DNA from: Xylographa opegraphella
Taxonomy: Eukaryota
Reading direction: 5' to 3'
Length of the DNA stretch: 64,000 nucleotides
Assembly: GCA_022813865.1 (NCBI GenBank)
Contig: JALDZX010000011.1
Span: forward strand, 434,001 to 498,000
A model generated the notes under the pieces. The model had not been told where the DNA came from. It made no database searches and saw nothing but the letters and a program-made list of their open reading frames with translations. Both the position numbers and the translations under genes were made by a program. Below, one piece after another: positions 34,537-46,152 of this stretch. The stretch's first letter is position 1, and every line of letters begins with the position of its first letter.

Positions 34537-35568
34537 ATGAATTCGAATGGGTACCGCCGCTTCTTCTTGCTTACTCACCCCCGCTCATGCTCGAATCTGC
34601 TAGTGCGAATCCTGAACTTCGGAGATCAACCCGACGTCGTACAGCATGATATCGGCCAGGGCTATTTCTTCTTGCCGCCTGTCTTATTGCGGGAGAAACT
34701 CACACTTCAGGGAAAGAACGTCGAAGACTGGTCAAAAGATGAGCTCGACCAGATGAAGCAAGAATACCAGCACAGCTTCACAGAACTCCAAAAATACATT
34801 GAGGTAGCCGAAGCGGGAGACAAAATAGTTTTCGTCAAAGAGCATGCCTATTTTCTGATGGAGCCGGCGGCGCTAAGCAGATTCGCCTTCGGTTCCGATA
34901 ATGTCAAACAAGCTCCATGGACGGTGCAAATCCCTGATACATATGGATCCAACGTCACCCGATCGAGTCTCAATTACACATTGCTACCCGACGAGTTTCT
35001 GCAGACTTGGACTCCGACATTCCTCATCAGGCATCCGGCACTGATGTTTCCCTCTCACTACCGAACGATTTTAGATACCTTGGGTGTGGCAGCTGCTCAT
35101 GCAGAAGGATTGAGTTCAGAGATCATGAGCTTGCATTGGACACGTACGCTGTACGACTGGTATTCGAAGCATCTTGTGAAACGCGATAGCGGGTCTGCCA
35201 ACGAGGTCAAGTGGCCTCTTCTCCTTGAGGCGGATGATATTATAAACAATCCGGAAGTTGTTGTGAGATTCAGCAAGATCGTAGGCCTAGACCCGACGAA
35301 ACTGCAGTTCGAATGGCAGCCCGCAGAGAAGGAGTTCGTGGCTCAGCTTACCAATGACGTCTCGCGGCGGATGCTATCAACTTTAACGGCCTCCGCTGGC
35401 ATCATGAAGGAAAAGTCTTCGGCAGATATTGATATCAGTATAGAGGCCAAGAAGTGGAGGAAGGAATTTGGCCAGAGCGAGGGGGAAAAGATGGAGAGAT
35501 GGGTGAAGGCTTCCATGCCGGACTACGAATACTTGTATGCCAAAAGGTTGACACCAAAGAGTGTTTGA
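34537..35568 (+). CDS. Sulfotransferase-like P-loop protein, intronless
   Basis: 343-aa ORF with a 5'-PSB-like motif FLLTHPRSCSNLL, VFVKEH, a 3'-PB-like motif FLIRHPALMFPS and LLEADDII. Confidence 0.75.
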   Translation: MNSNGYRRFFLLTHPRSCSNLLVRILNFGDQPDVVQHDIGQGYFFLPPVLLREKLTLQGKNVEDWSKDELDQMKQEYQHSFTELQKYIEVAEAGDKIVFVKEHAYFLMEPAALSRFAFGSDNVKQAPWTVQIPDTYGSNVTRSSLNYTLLPDEFLQTWTPTFLIRHPALMFPSHYRTILDTLGVAAAHAEGLSSEIMSLHWTRTLYDWYSKHLVKRDSGSANEVKWPLLLEADDIINNPEVVVRFSKIVGLDPTKLQFEWQPAEKEFVAQLTNDVSRRMLSTLTASAGIMKEKSSADIDISIEAKKWRKEFGQSEGEKMERWVKASMPDYEYLYAKRLTPKSV

Positions 35569-36853
35569 GGCTTTCATGCCTCTGATCTAGGTTTCGGTTC
35601 TTATATCGACAGGGCTGTTGTAGAGCCTTTCATATTGATCGTAGGTATACGAAGTACCAGGTACTGAGCAACCTAAGTCAAGATATCCGCCCTAGAGACC
35701 CTAGATATACACTACGGGTTATGCCATTCAGGCTGAGCAAAGGTAGGTAGGTATTTGAACAACTGCACCCCACGCACACTTGAGGAATCTTGTGCTAGCA
35801 ATTGAGGACGAATTACTCCGTTGACGATCATTCCTATTTGCCAACCCTCATGATCAGATGAATTCGCGCATCATAACTCCATATATCAAACACGCTTGAA
35901 CTCATTGGTCGGTCCAAGACTGCCTAGACCAGGCTAAGCTGGATATGGACATACTAACTTCACGCGACGCGTCTGTGCGCGTTTGTACGCGTTCCACTTC
36001 AAACTCTGGGTCAGGCAAGGTCTATCAATGTGGTGTACCAATGTGGTGTACCCGTCGACCGATATGTATGTGAATCAGCAGGCTTTTTGTGTACCATTGT
36101 TCAAAGTCAGAGTGGCCTGACGGTACACAGACTCGGGGTTCAGTATCCATAAGCCATAAGGCGTGGGACGATAAGTGCCTCTTCTGCAACTTTCTTTCGA
36201 ACGCTCCTGAAGCGGGAGTGTGTACTCGGTCAAGCAAATAGCTCCCTATGAGACCGATTTTGACAAGCTGTGATGCCTCATACTCCTGGGCAGGGAGCTG
36301 CTAGATCAACAACAACAACAGCCCCCTCTGAAGTCATAAGCAATCAAACCCATGCCATATGGTGGATCATGATCGTGGTCCCCGGTAGAGATCGAAGCTC
36401 AGTTTTCCTCACCTTGCACAAACTCTGCTGAAACCCTGCAAATGCAAGGATCGGAATGTGTCACACGTCCCCTCACCGTCGAAGATACCCTAAACTTAGT
36501 GCGACCATTTGGGGGACGCTACGGTCATGCAGGCACGTTCTATGTTCCTTGGACTCCCCCGTCCCTTCCCACAGCCTCCCGGCGCATCGTCACCCATTCT
36601 TCTTCACACCTCAAATCCGTCGCGGCCAGGCTGCGACCTTTTGGACAACTCACACCCACCACCTCTTTGGATATTAAGGTTGGGTCTTAATTGGGTCGCA
36701 TACAGCCGAAGAAGCATTTTGTCCATTCACTGAGCCTATCGGACAGCACCTGCGACAGCGATCGTTCCCGGCGCATCGTGTCAGTCCGACCAGTGCCAGC
36801 GCAAACAAGCATCAGCGCATACAACAACTATACATTTACTCTGCATCGCAAAC

Positions 36854-37615
36854 ATGCTTCTCCCCTCCGCGATACCATGCGAAGCTCGGGCTCGTCCACT
36901 CCTCCAGCGCGCGCTGCCCTTCTCGCCGCCTCTCTCCCCACCGCAATCCTCGCAGTTCTCGAGCGGCATCTTCTCCACCTGCCGCGCTCTGCAATCACTC
37001 ATTGGCGTCCAAGCACCTCCATCGCGGTATACACAACAGTCGCGCCTTCGCCCAATACCCACCAAGATCGAAAAGCGTAAACCACCGAGAGGCGTCAACA
37101 AGCGCCGCAGGGAAGCCAACGACAACGGCACGCACGATGCGGTCGAGGACCAGGAGAACACATACACAGGTAGCAGAGACGGCTACTCGACACCCAAGCG
37201 CCAGCGCCTGGCTCCGCCGAGCATACCGCTCGGGCTGGAGCGGAGGGACTTCTTTGCTCTGCAACCAACGCCGTTGCCGAATTTCTCAAAGCCACAGTAC
37301 AGCCACCATCAGTCAAGCGAGGACCTTTCTCCACCTCTCCAAGATAACGAACAGGTTTGCGAAACAAAGTCCGACGCCAGTATGGGGGACTGGGACTCTG
37401 AAGACGATAGCGTGCTCGTTAACCTAGTGTTGGAAAAGTTGAGGTTGTCGAAACGCGATTGGGAGGAGTGTGCGAGAGTGCTGGGTACAGACAGAGGGAG
37501 CTTAGGCAGAAGGTGGAAGGAATTGGTGGGAGATGGGGAGGTCGGATTGAAATTCCGGAGGGGAAGGAAAGGTGTTGGTCGGAGAGACGTGAGAGGGGTT
37601 TGGGAAGGTCTTTGA
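36854..37615 (+). CDS. Hypothetical nuclear protein with a C-terminal Myb/SANT-like repeat
   Basis: NLS-like NKRRR and TPKRQR; regularly spaced Trp in WDSEDDSVLVNLVLEKLRLSKRDWEECARVLG...SLGRRW. Confidence 0.75.
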   Translation: MLLPSAIPCEARARPLLQRALPFSPPLSPPQSSQFSSGIFSTCRALQSLIGVQAPPSRYTQQSRLRPIPTKIEKRKPPRGVNKRRREANDNGTHDAVEDQENTYTGSRDGYSTPKRQRLAPPSIPLGLERRDFFALQPTPLPNFSKPQYSHHQSSEDLSPPLQDNEQVCETKSDASMGDWDSEDDSVLVNLVLEKLRLSKRDWEECARVLGTDRGSLGRRWKELVGDGEVGLKFRRGRKGVGRRDVRGVWEGL

Positions 37616-38382
37616 CGTGCTGGAAGGCATGCCGCTCTGTAAGGTGGTGGATATCCCTTCCTCAATTTCTTGGTTCGAATTGTTTGTAGACTTTGGGTAG
37701 ATTCGATTGCATTGGAAATATTCGTTGGACAGCCTACTCAATCGTCAGTAGTAAGCACTTTTATCAGCTCCCTTTGCTTGTGTGAACCATTAGTACTTAG
37801 AAAGGAAACATCTACAATGTTATCAATGCCATGGGCAGATTCTCGTTCAGCCCTTGTAGAGCGCCATTCATGGAGCAAAGGCTCCTTATGGTTGCTGATG
37901 GTAATTGTGATGACCATTGCTGTTGGATCGTGTGAAAGCAAAACTCGTGCCGCAGATGACAGCGAGTACAACGAAACCGCATGATTGCAGCAGCACGGAA
38001 ACCATGAATGAGTGCCGAGGTATCTACATTGAAGGTCCGCTACATAGAATAAATGGCACACGTATGAAGCTCAGGATCAGTCATTCATGTTATCCTAAGC
38101 AATGCTTCTGAGGTAGAGAATCAACTAATCGGCCAGCTATATTGTACAAGCTTTCAGATCTCTTCCTGTGTATGCAAGAACATTCGCTGTAACAACCGGT
38201 AGTTTGATTGACCCACTTCCACTTCCCTCCACAATGTCTTCTGGACGTAATGCCATCGCCAACTCATCGTTCCCAATTGTTTGGAGTATACTGATGAGAT
38301 GCAGTGATTCGGTCACGAAGTAGTGTTTTCGAAGGTAAGAGTAAAAGGTAGATTGAGTGGAGACCGTGATGTTGCGAGACGT

Positions 38383-38551
38383 TTACTTGCTGAAAGATCG
38401 GCATGTAAGTATTCGTTCGAACACGACTTGATTGGACCACCATAAAGGAAGCAGAGAATAGCATTCACGAAAGTACTTACCTGCGAGCTCTCGTCTTTCT
38501 CCTCTTACGCTTGAGCCTCCTAACACGCTTCTTCCTCCACTTAGCTCTCAT
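38383..38551 (-). CDS. RPL41: Ribosomal protein L41 (eL41/eS32), 25 aa
   Basis: Exon 38551-38481, intron 38480-38390 (GTAAGT...TTTCAG) and exon 38389-38383 give MRAKWRKKRVRRLKRKRRKTRARSK*. A probable 5'UTR intron spans 38668-38570. Confidence 0.96.
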
Positions 38552-38869
38552 CGTCAATAACTAGGTGAACTGATCAGAGACACATTAGCCATTGCTCTCA
38601 GGGAGACTGTTCATTCGCAAGCTCCGAATAATTGATGGGAGACAGTGTTGAAATGAGCTCGGACTTACTCGTTATAGATGATGAGGTGTTGCTGGTGTAA
38701 AAGAGAACAAGGTAGCTTGAGCGGGTGGTAATTGTGTGCGGGTCTTAGTCATACTGCGCTAAGGGCTCGGCTAATACTCCGTATTGTTAGACCTAATATT
38801 GTTCTAGAGTGGTTCAACCGAATGATTTTCACATATCACGTATCCGCAACGACTCATTGAGCGACCACA

Positions 38870-41760
38870 ATGGAAATGTCATCAGATTCAACCACGGTGG
38901 TCAACCCAATTTCAGTAAGGGTCGGAATATTCGAGATCGACATTATATCTGACGGCACCAATGACTTTGGCAAGTTAGTACCAATGCTGGCACCAGCATT
39001 TCTGATAATGTTTCAGTCAATCATGCCATTTATCTACGCAAAAGATGTCGAATAGGGCGTGATATTGACGGCTGGTAAACTACCAGTCGCATAGAAGTCT
39101 TTCAAAGCCTTTGAACTGATTTTCTGAGTGATATAACGTTCCAAGATCCAGCCATTTCCAATCGCCATGTCAACATCTACTCTGTTATGTACGAAGATGA
39201 CACGGAGTCTGGTGTAGAGCCATTAGTCTATGCCGAAGACTTATCAAGTACAAACGGGACTTACTGGAACAAAAGGCTCATCGGATTAGGGAAAGCAGTG
39301 CTTCTCAGTGACGGAGATGAGCTTCGCCTGGGTGCTGACGTGTGCCTTACGTTCCGCAAAGTCGCTATCAGTAGTATGACTACCATTGACGACGAGCCGG
39401 ATGAAGTACAATCAAAGGAGATAGAAGTACGTGAGTTAACCACGATCTAAAAAAATATACTGATACAAACGAACAGCACTTCAAAAACCAGTACTACCTT
39501 ACCAATCGTAAATTGGGAGAGGGTAGGTCTGGTAAGGTCTATATGGCCGTCAATCGTCAGCTCGGTCGACAATTGGCTTGTAAAGTTGTTGATCTTCGAG
39601 CGGTTCGCCGTGACGAACGCAAGAAGTGGCAGAGATCTCCAACCTTGAGAAGCGGGACTTTGCAAAAGGTGTGGCCTGCAGCGCAGGTCAATCTGAAAGT
39701 AGATGAAGCTGTGGCCAGGCATCTTCGCGAAGTCGATATTCTCAATCATCTTGATCATGTAAGCGTACACCATATGTCCTGATCATCTCTCACGACAACT
39801 ATAGGCAAACATTGTTCGATTAGAGAAGGTCTACCAGACAGGAGATACTGTGTATGTAATCCAGCTCTCTACCACAACGTACTAAGTTCACAATATAGAT
39901 ATATGTTCGAGGAGTTGATGACCGGCGGTGACCTGTTTTCGTTCCTCGAATATAAAGGGGGATCGCTGGATGAAGCTGGGGCTGGCGTGATTATCCGCCA
40001 GATTCTTGAAGGTGTTACATACCTACACACTCAGGACATCGTTCACAGAGATTTGAAGCCTGAAAATATCCTCATGCAGTCCTTGTCCGATGCAGCACGT
40101 GTGGTGATTACAGACTTTGGATGTGCTGTCAAGATGCCGCCCACTGGGAAGAATGGAGATCTACCACGGAGATTGAAGACTATGCGCGTAGGTACGACAG
40201 GATACAGTGCACCGTAAGCCTGCCGTTATCTCGTCTCTCCAACTGGATATCTGACAGTTCATCCTCAGCGAAGTTAGTGGTAGGAACCCGTTGGTGAAAG
40301 AACAGAGTTACACGAAAGCTGTCGATTTGTGGTCGCTTGGATGCGTCACAGTGCTCCTTCTTACGGGTTCAACCCCATTTTCCAAAGGTTTGACCGAAAG
40401 ACGTGCAACTTTCGAGGCCATTTCCGACGCAGCTGCAAAATGTGACCTCAGTCCACTAAAGGCAATGCTTGACTGGCGTGCTGTCAGCGAGAGTCTTCAG
40501 GATTTCATTGAGAAACTGCTTGTTCTGAAAGAGGCAGACAGGATGACAGCTCAAGAAGCACTTCAGCACATATGGTTTAACGATATCTACAAGGAAGACT
40601 GGGACTTGATTTACCGGCTCTCCATCAAGGACTGGAAGGCTCGCACCACGAAGTCCGACATTGTCGAAATAATCAAAGGACCGCAAACAGCGATCAAGGT
40701 AACAGTTTAAGCATTGATCAAATTGACCAAGCACTGCTGATATGGTGATGGAAAGCTCCAATGGGAAAAAACGACAAAGCCGAATGTGCCGCAACCTATA
40801 GAGCCGCATTATAAGCCATTTCATCGTCAACTTGCTCGATTGATCGCTCCCAGAACGAGTCCAGTGATCATCCCTAACGACTCTGGATACAATGCGGATC
40901 GACAAGAATTTCCGGCCGTTGAAACGATCAGCATCAACGACAACGACAGCGAACCTAGATCGCTCGACGATGATTTCCAGCACAGCGGTCCGTCGAGCAA
41001 GGAGTCTCGGGCAGGAGGAGAGTTCCTCTCTGTTAGCAACAGCTCAGAGACGAGTCGTTACTTCACTAATATGAAGAGAATTCCGGCCATCACCGATAGC
41101 AAAATCGAGATTTCGGAGACACCGACCAGGAAGACCCTGAAACGGCCATCAAAAGGTAGCAACAGATTATGGCGGCCTTCTGTCAAGCGGAAGCATCGCT
41201 GCTGGTCCGATATACATAAAATCGACTTCGCTCCTGACACACTAGCCGTGAGCCTTCCACAAGTTCTTAGTACGAACCATACCGCCGTTAATGGCCAGCA
41301 AGCCATGAAACTGGGCGATCTTCACGCTCACAAACGAGCAGTCCGCTACCCTTCCTTGATGTATGGGGATACGCTACCATCAGCAGGATACGATGGGCCG
41401 CTTGTCAGCAAGCTCAAGCCCACGCCCTCTCGTGCTCAGAATCCACCATCGGGTAAGTACCCATTTCCTCAACCTTCCTTGTTTACTTTCACATCCTCCT
41501 CATCCATCGCTGCTCTGACCAGAGCACCCCCGGCCCAAGTTGCGGAGACAAGCATGGCGGCGCCGGCATTACCACTTCGCCAGGTCACCAGCTTCGACTG
41601 GGACGAGCAAAATCTACAAACCGAGGAAAGCATGGAACACCGCGGCTTCCGCAGTGCTCGCGCTTTCGACGAAAGCATGCAGAAGAGAAGAGCTGCGAAG
41701 ACTGATCGAGATACGGTGTCCGCCGATCTCTCGGACTCCATCCGTACCGCACACGGGTAA
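38870..41760 (+). CDS. MEK1: Meiotic FHA-domain Ser/Thr kinase (Mek1/Chk2 family); about 8 exons
   Basis: FHA motifs IGRD, ISNRH and DLSSTNGTYWN; kinase motifs LGEGRSGKV, QLACKVVDL, GGDLFSF, HRDLKPENIL, DFG, GTTGYSAPE and YTKAVDLWSLG; long low-complexity C-terminal exon. Confidence 0.85.
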
Positions 41761-43248
41761 CAGGACGCAGACAGGAGATTCTGCCATGTTTGCTATCATC
41801 GCTAATCTACAGCGCTAACGACAAATGCAACGCTGCACTTTGACCGACTGGGCAGTTTGAGAGTGCGATTTGCGAGAAGAGAGATCGGATCACATAGTCA
41901 CTCATGGCACACCGGGCATGTTTGCCGTAGTTATAGATGGTCCGATGTCGAGAGCTCTAGTACCTGACGTAAAAGCTGTGATACCAAATATGAATGAGAG
42001 GGCTCGGGAACGACTACTCTGGTTTCCGTGACGGCATGGCCTGGCCTGCTGAAGCCCGATCTCCGCAAGCGAGGATGCCTGTTCGAGGTACTTCGTACGA
42101 TGGCGAGCGTTCCCGCGTCCAGTCGTCCGAGGGTCTCCTCATTTATTACCCGGCCGCCGTTTCCCCACACGCACACCCCCTGCCTCCCGCTACGGCAGTT
42201 TGGGAAGCACAGTAAGCGATCGTCAGGGGGCCCGCGCACTCGGGCCGGGGGATAGGTCCATGTGAGCAGTGCGGAGCACGAAACTCCGGTCCCAACAGTC
42301 TCACGGAGATGCATAAATAAAGTAGGCGAATAATAATATGAGTTGGGTAATTGGTTCCCTATTCTTCTACGGTAGGCTGGACGGAGTCAAGGCTAAGCGA
42401 TAGCACTGATCCGACTCGGACCCGTGAAGCATGAAGTGCTCGATTCGCTGTGAAGTGAACGTCCAGGATTCTTGGTATCGTCGAGCAAGGCAGCAATAGT
42501 TGCTAGGAACCAAATTCAGCCGGCTGCCAGGGAGAGGAGTTGTCGATGTACACATTATCACAGTACGGAGTAGCCAATAACCCCTCAGACGAAGCGTGCC
42601 CTTTCCATTGGAGTTCGCATGGCCACGTCCGCTGAACCGCGTCGAGTTGCTGTAAGTGACGTGACTTCGTCTGGCCGGACACTGGGCCGAGGACGGGGCT
42701 AAACCGTGTTCGGGGCGGCTAATCAAGACTGCTGAGGGACACTAATGAAGTCGCGAAATTGCCAAGCATTTCCAAGGCTGATTCCGGGTAAAAGTTCAGC
42801 TCCGCTCCAGCTCCAAGTCCAGAGTGTGAGACTGCAAACCGCTCTGGCCGGCTGGCTCCAAAGTCCAACGGCTTTCTCGCGGGACCAGACAGCGTGGAAG
42901 AGAAGACTCTACATGAGATGCCATGGGGAACAAGAACAGTGCCGAGGGTCTTTTTGCGGGAGAACCTGGTGTGCAACGCACGGCCATTGAAGCCAAACTT
43001 GTTCTTGCTCGTCGGCCTAACCGACTAGGTCTACCTAAGGTACTTGACCTAGAGCAAAGCCGTTGTCAAAACCGTTCAAAGCAGGAGATTAGCACAGAGC
43101 CACGACGAAGTCTCCTCCTTCCAGCCTCAACTCGGGCTGTCCCTGATCCTAGCCGTTTCTCCGGATTCGACCTTAGACTTTCCTCCGCGAGATGTCGTGA
43201 CCCAGCCGACATCCTTCGATTATTGTCTTGAGGTACACACGGTAAGGT

Positions 43249-43301
43249 AGCCAGCCAGCCAGCCAGCCAGTAAGCCAGTCAGCCAGCAAGCCAGTCAGCC
43301 A
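43249..43301. repeat. (AGCC)n microsatellite degenerating into AGCCAG(T/C)(A/C) units
   Basis: agccagccagccagccagccagtaagccagtcagccagcaagccagtcagcca. Confidence 0.8.
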
Positions 43302-43566
43302 CTCTCCACCTTTGGACTCCACGATGAATGCTTTCTTGGTCTCATTTTCTGCATGCCGCTACGGGGGATAGTACCTTCCTGACATGGATCCTCTGGACCG
43401 TTCGACTCAGCTCGCTTTGCGGGGTGCGAGGGACCTTTGGTCTCGTACCCTCGTATAAAGCCCCCGGCATTCCTCCAGTCCTCCACCGTCTCCAGACTGG
43501 ATTCCATCTTCGCTCTCGTCTCTACTCCTACCCAACAGCGGTCATTCAATTCCAAACTGCTTCACC

Positions 43567-44381
43567 ATGCACTTCTCCACTCTCTCCGTGCTCTGCGGCT
43601 TGGCCGCTGCAGCATCAGCTGCCTCCTGCAACGCAGACAACTGTCTCCGCGGTATGCTGAGCTGCAAACTGTGAGAAACACCTGTGCTGACAATTCTCAG
43701 CCGTCAGAGCCAACTCTTTCCCGACCCGCTCGGGTGCCGCTGACTGCTCCTCCTACTTCGAGGCTACCGTCACACCAGCGACAGCGTAAGTTTTGTTCAT
43801 CCCCATTCTTAGCTATCTTAGCTCACTCCTTGACCAGCACCGTCACTCAAACGGCTACCATCACTAGCTACTCTAACAAGCGGCGCCGGGCCCTTAACGC
43901 CGTCGGCGAAGGTGTCGAAGCCCGTCAAATGACCGACATCCCCACCGCCATCCCCACCTACGCCTCCGCCTGCTCCGGCAGCGCCCGCTACTCCAGTGCC
44001 TGCTCCTGCATCGGCGTGACCGCCACCACCAGCACCGCACCCACGCCCACGATGACCGTCACCGTCACCGCCACTGCGACTGCCACTAGGCCCACGCTCG
44101 CGTTCACTGGATACTACGGCGAGTCCTGTGACGCAGGCACCGAAGAAGATAATTCTAGCGGCAGCTTCGTCGAGGGTGAGTGCATGATGCTTCCCATCCA
44201 GATCAGCATCGAAGATGGTGCCTTCGACGCCGGCACCGAAACCGGCCTGACGGCTGCCGACTGCATGATCACCTTCTACTCCGGCGCCGACTGCACGACG
44301 GAGGAGCATACCGCACCCGCCACGCCAGGCTGCCAGTTCGTCGGCTACGATTTCTCCGGTCTCCTCACTTGTCCCATGTAA
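43567..44381 (+). CDS. Secreted Cys/Thr-rich protein of the fungal CNADNCLRA type; 3 exons
   Basis: MHFSTLSVLCGLAAAASAASCNADNCLR, intron 43652-43700, AVRANSFPTRSGAADCSSYF, intron 43786-43837, then IPTYASACSGSARYSSACSCIGV and a Cys-containing C-terminal domain. Confidence 0.85.
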
Positions 44382-46152
44382 AAAGTCCGGACCTGGTTTC
44401 TGGTATCAGTTGGATGGGGGGGGCTTTGAGCTCGGCGGTTCAACAAAAAATGTAGTCGCGGATATGATGTCGGTCCTGTAATTCTTGTATCTAGTTATTA
44501 TAGTGAGCAGATTGAATGAATCTAGCCAGATGACTCGTCGCTCTTTCTCCATGTTTAATCATCAAGCTGGCGGATAGGAACCTCTATTGAACTCGTGCCG
44601 CAACGCCACTTTCCTAGCGTGGCGTACAACTAAGCCGATAGAAATGGCGGGAAACGCTACTCCTGCCTTCCTGCTCCCTCCCTCCCCCCCTCTCCCATCG
44701 AATCCCTCCGCCCCCGCCGACCACTCCCTTCGCTCCCCTAGTCTACCCAATCCTCACCGCGCTCGCGCACACACCCCTCCTCCGCCCCACCCCACCTCAT
44801 CCCTTCGACAAACGCAGTCCCAGAGTCTACCAAGGCTACGGAAACAGCCGTGGCCGAAGCAGCGGGCTCGTTTTACGGGAAAATAGGGAGGGAGGGGGGC
44901 GGGGAGGGGTGGGAAGCTGGGTTTGTTCAGCTACTAGGCCTAAAGTTACGTCACGCTGTCACGGAATCCCCTTTCTCGGCCATTAAGCAGCTCTAGGAAT
45001 GGGTCTCGGTTCCTAAGGTACAGTGATGGTTCTAAAAATACGGGCCCATATGGAGTATAGTAGGTAGAGCGGCTTTGATTTACCCCTCTGCAGGGTGAGT
45101 GACGTTGGTACGGGGTAGTGTCTTGGGCGGACACACGTAGGGTAATATCAACGTCGCTGAGGTACCTAGGTATTGTTCTACCGTAGGTATTTTTATAGGT
45201 ATACCCTGCATTTCGTGAAGTACATGAAGCCCTTCAACCTTAGTCTGCGGCGTGAAATTCACTTGCTGTTTTGTGGATCAACAGGAGTTGTTACTTGTTG
45301 GTTGAATGTGATACGCTACCTTACCTAACAAGTCGTTACTTAAGATAATATTGTGTGAGTACTTGATGCCAAGACGCTATACTTGAAAGAAACATTATTC
45401 AATCAGGCTAGGGCACAAAGCACCTACCTACCCACCCACCTAATGATTCATGCTCCCCCATCCTTCACCTCCTCACCACTTCCACCAGCACGCCCGTCTG
45501 CGCGCGCTCTCTCTCCCCGGTGTCTTCCCTCCGTCTGCAAACCCCACCACAGTGCTACCGTACACACGGAGCCAGCGAGCCATCCGCATCGGCTGCGGTG
45601 TGAGAGGCTGTGGAGGGTCGGCGGAGCAGGGAAAGGGCATGGCGGTGGATGATGAGAAGCGAGGAGGACGATGGGGTCCAGGAAGGGCGTGGGAGAGATG
45701 AGGGCTGCTGATGGGGTGGTGGCTGTGAGCGAAGGGGGAAGAGGGGCGGTTAGGGGGGAGGGTAATTCAGGAGGTAGATGATGAGGGGCGAAGAACAGCG
45801 ATGTGAGAACATTAATAAATGTAGCATTCAGGAGCACGTTCTCCGCGACGCGGCATGAGCCATGCTGAGCTAAATCCCCCGAACGTCCCCACCGGCGCAC
45901 TCCGCCTCCGCCTTTGCTACTACAACAAGCTGTGACAGCTTGGTCATCAAGGAGCTTACGCGCGAATGCAAGCCACTTGGGCCGTGGAGAAACAAGCACA
46001 ACGCCGGCTCGGCCGCCAGAAGTTCACGAACCAAATAACCCGAGCAGTCAGCTCCATGCTTGCGAAGGATACACGAGCAGAAGCCATTGGCTGGCTATAT
46101 CTCGAGCCATCGCTGACCGTGTTGTTGTCCGAGGCCCCCTGTTCAAGGACCA

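Noticed and set aside
38474..38483. TACTTACCTG resembling the 5' end of U1 snRNA
   Set aside because: It is the reverse complement of the RPL41 intron donor CAG/GTAAGTA, and no U1 stems or Sm site follow.
45089..45210. TPP riboswitch
   Set aside because: Only a P2/P3-like arm is present. The P4/P5 pyrophosphate-sensing half is absent and there is no thiamine gene nearby, so it is kept only as a generic structured element.
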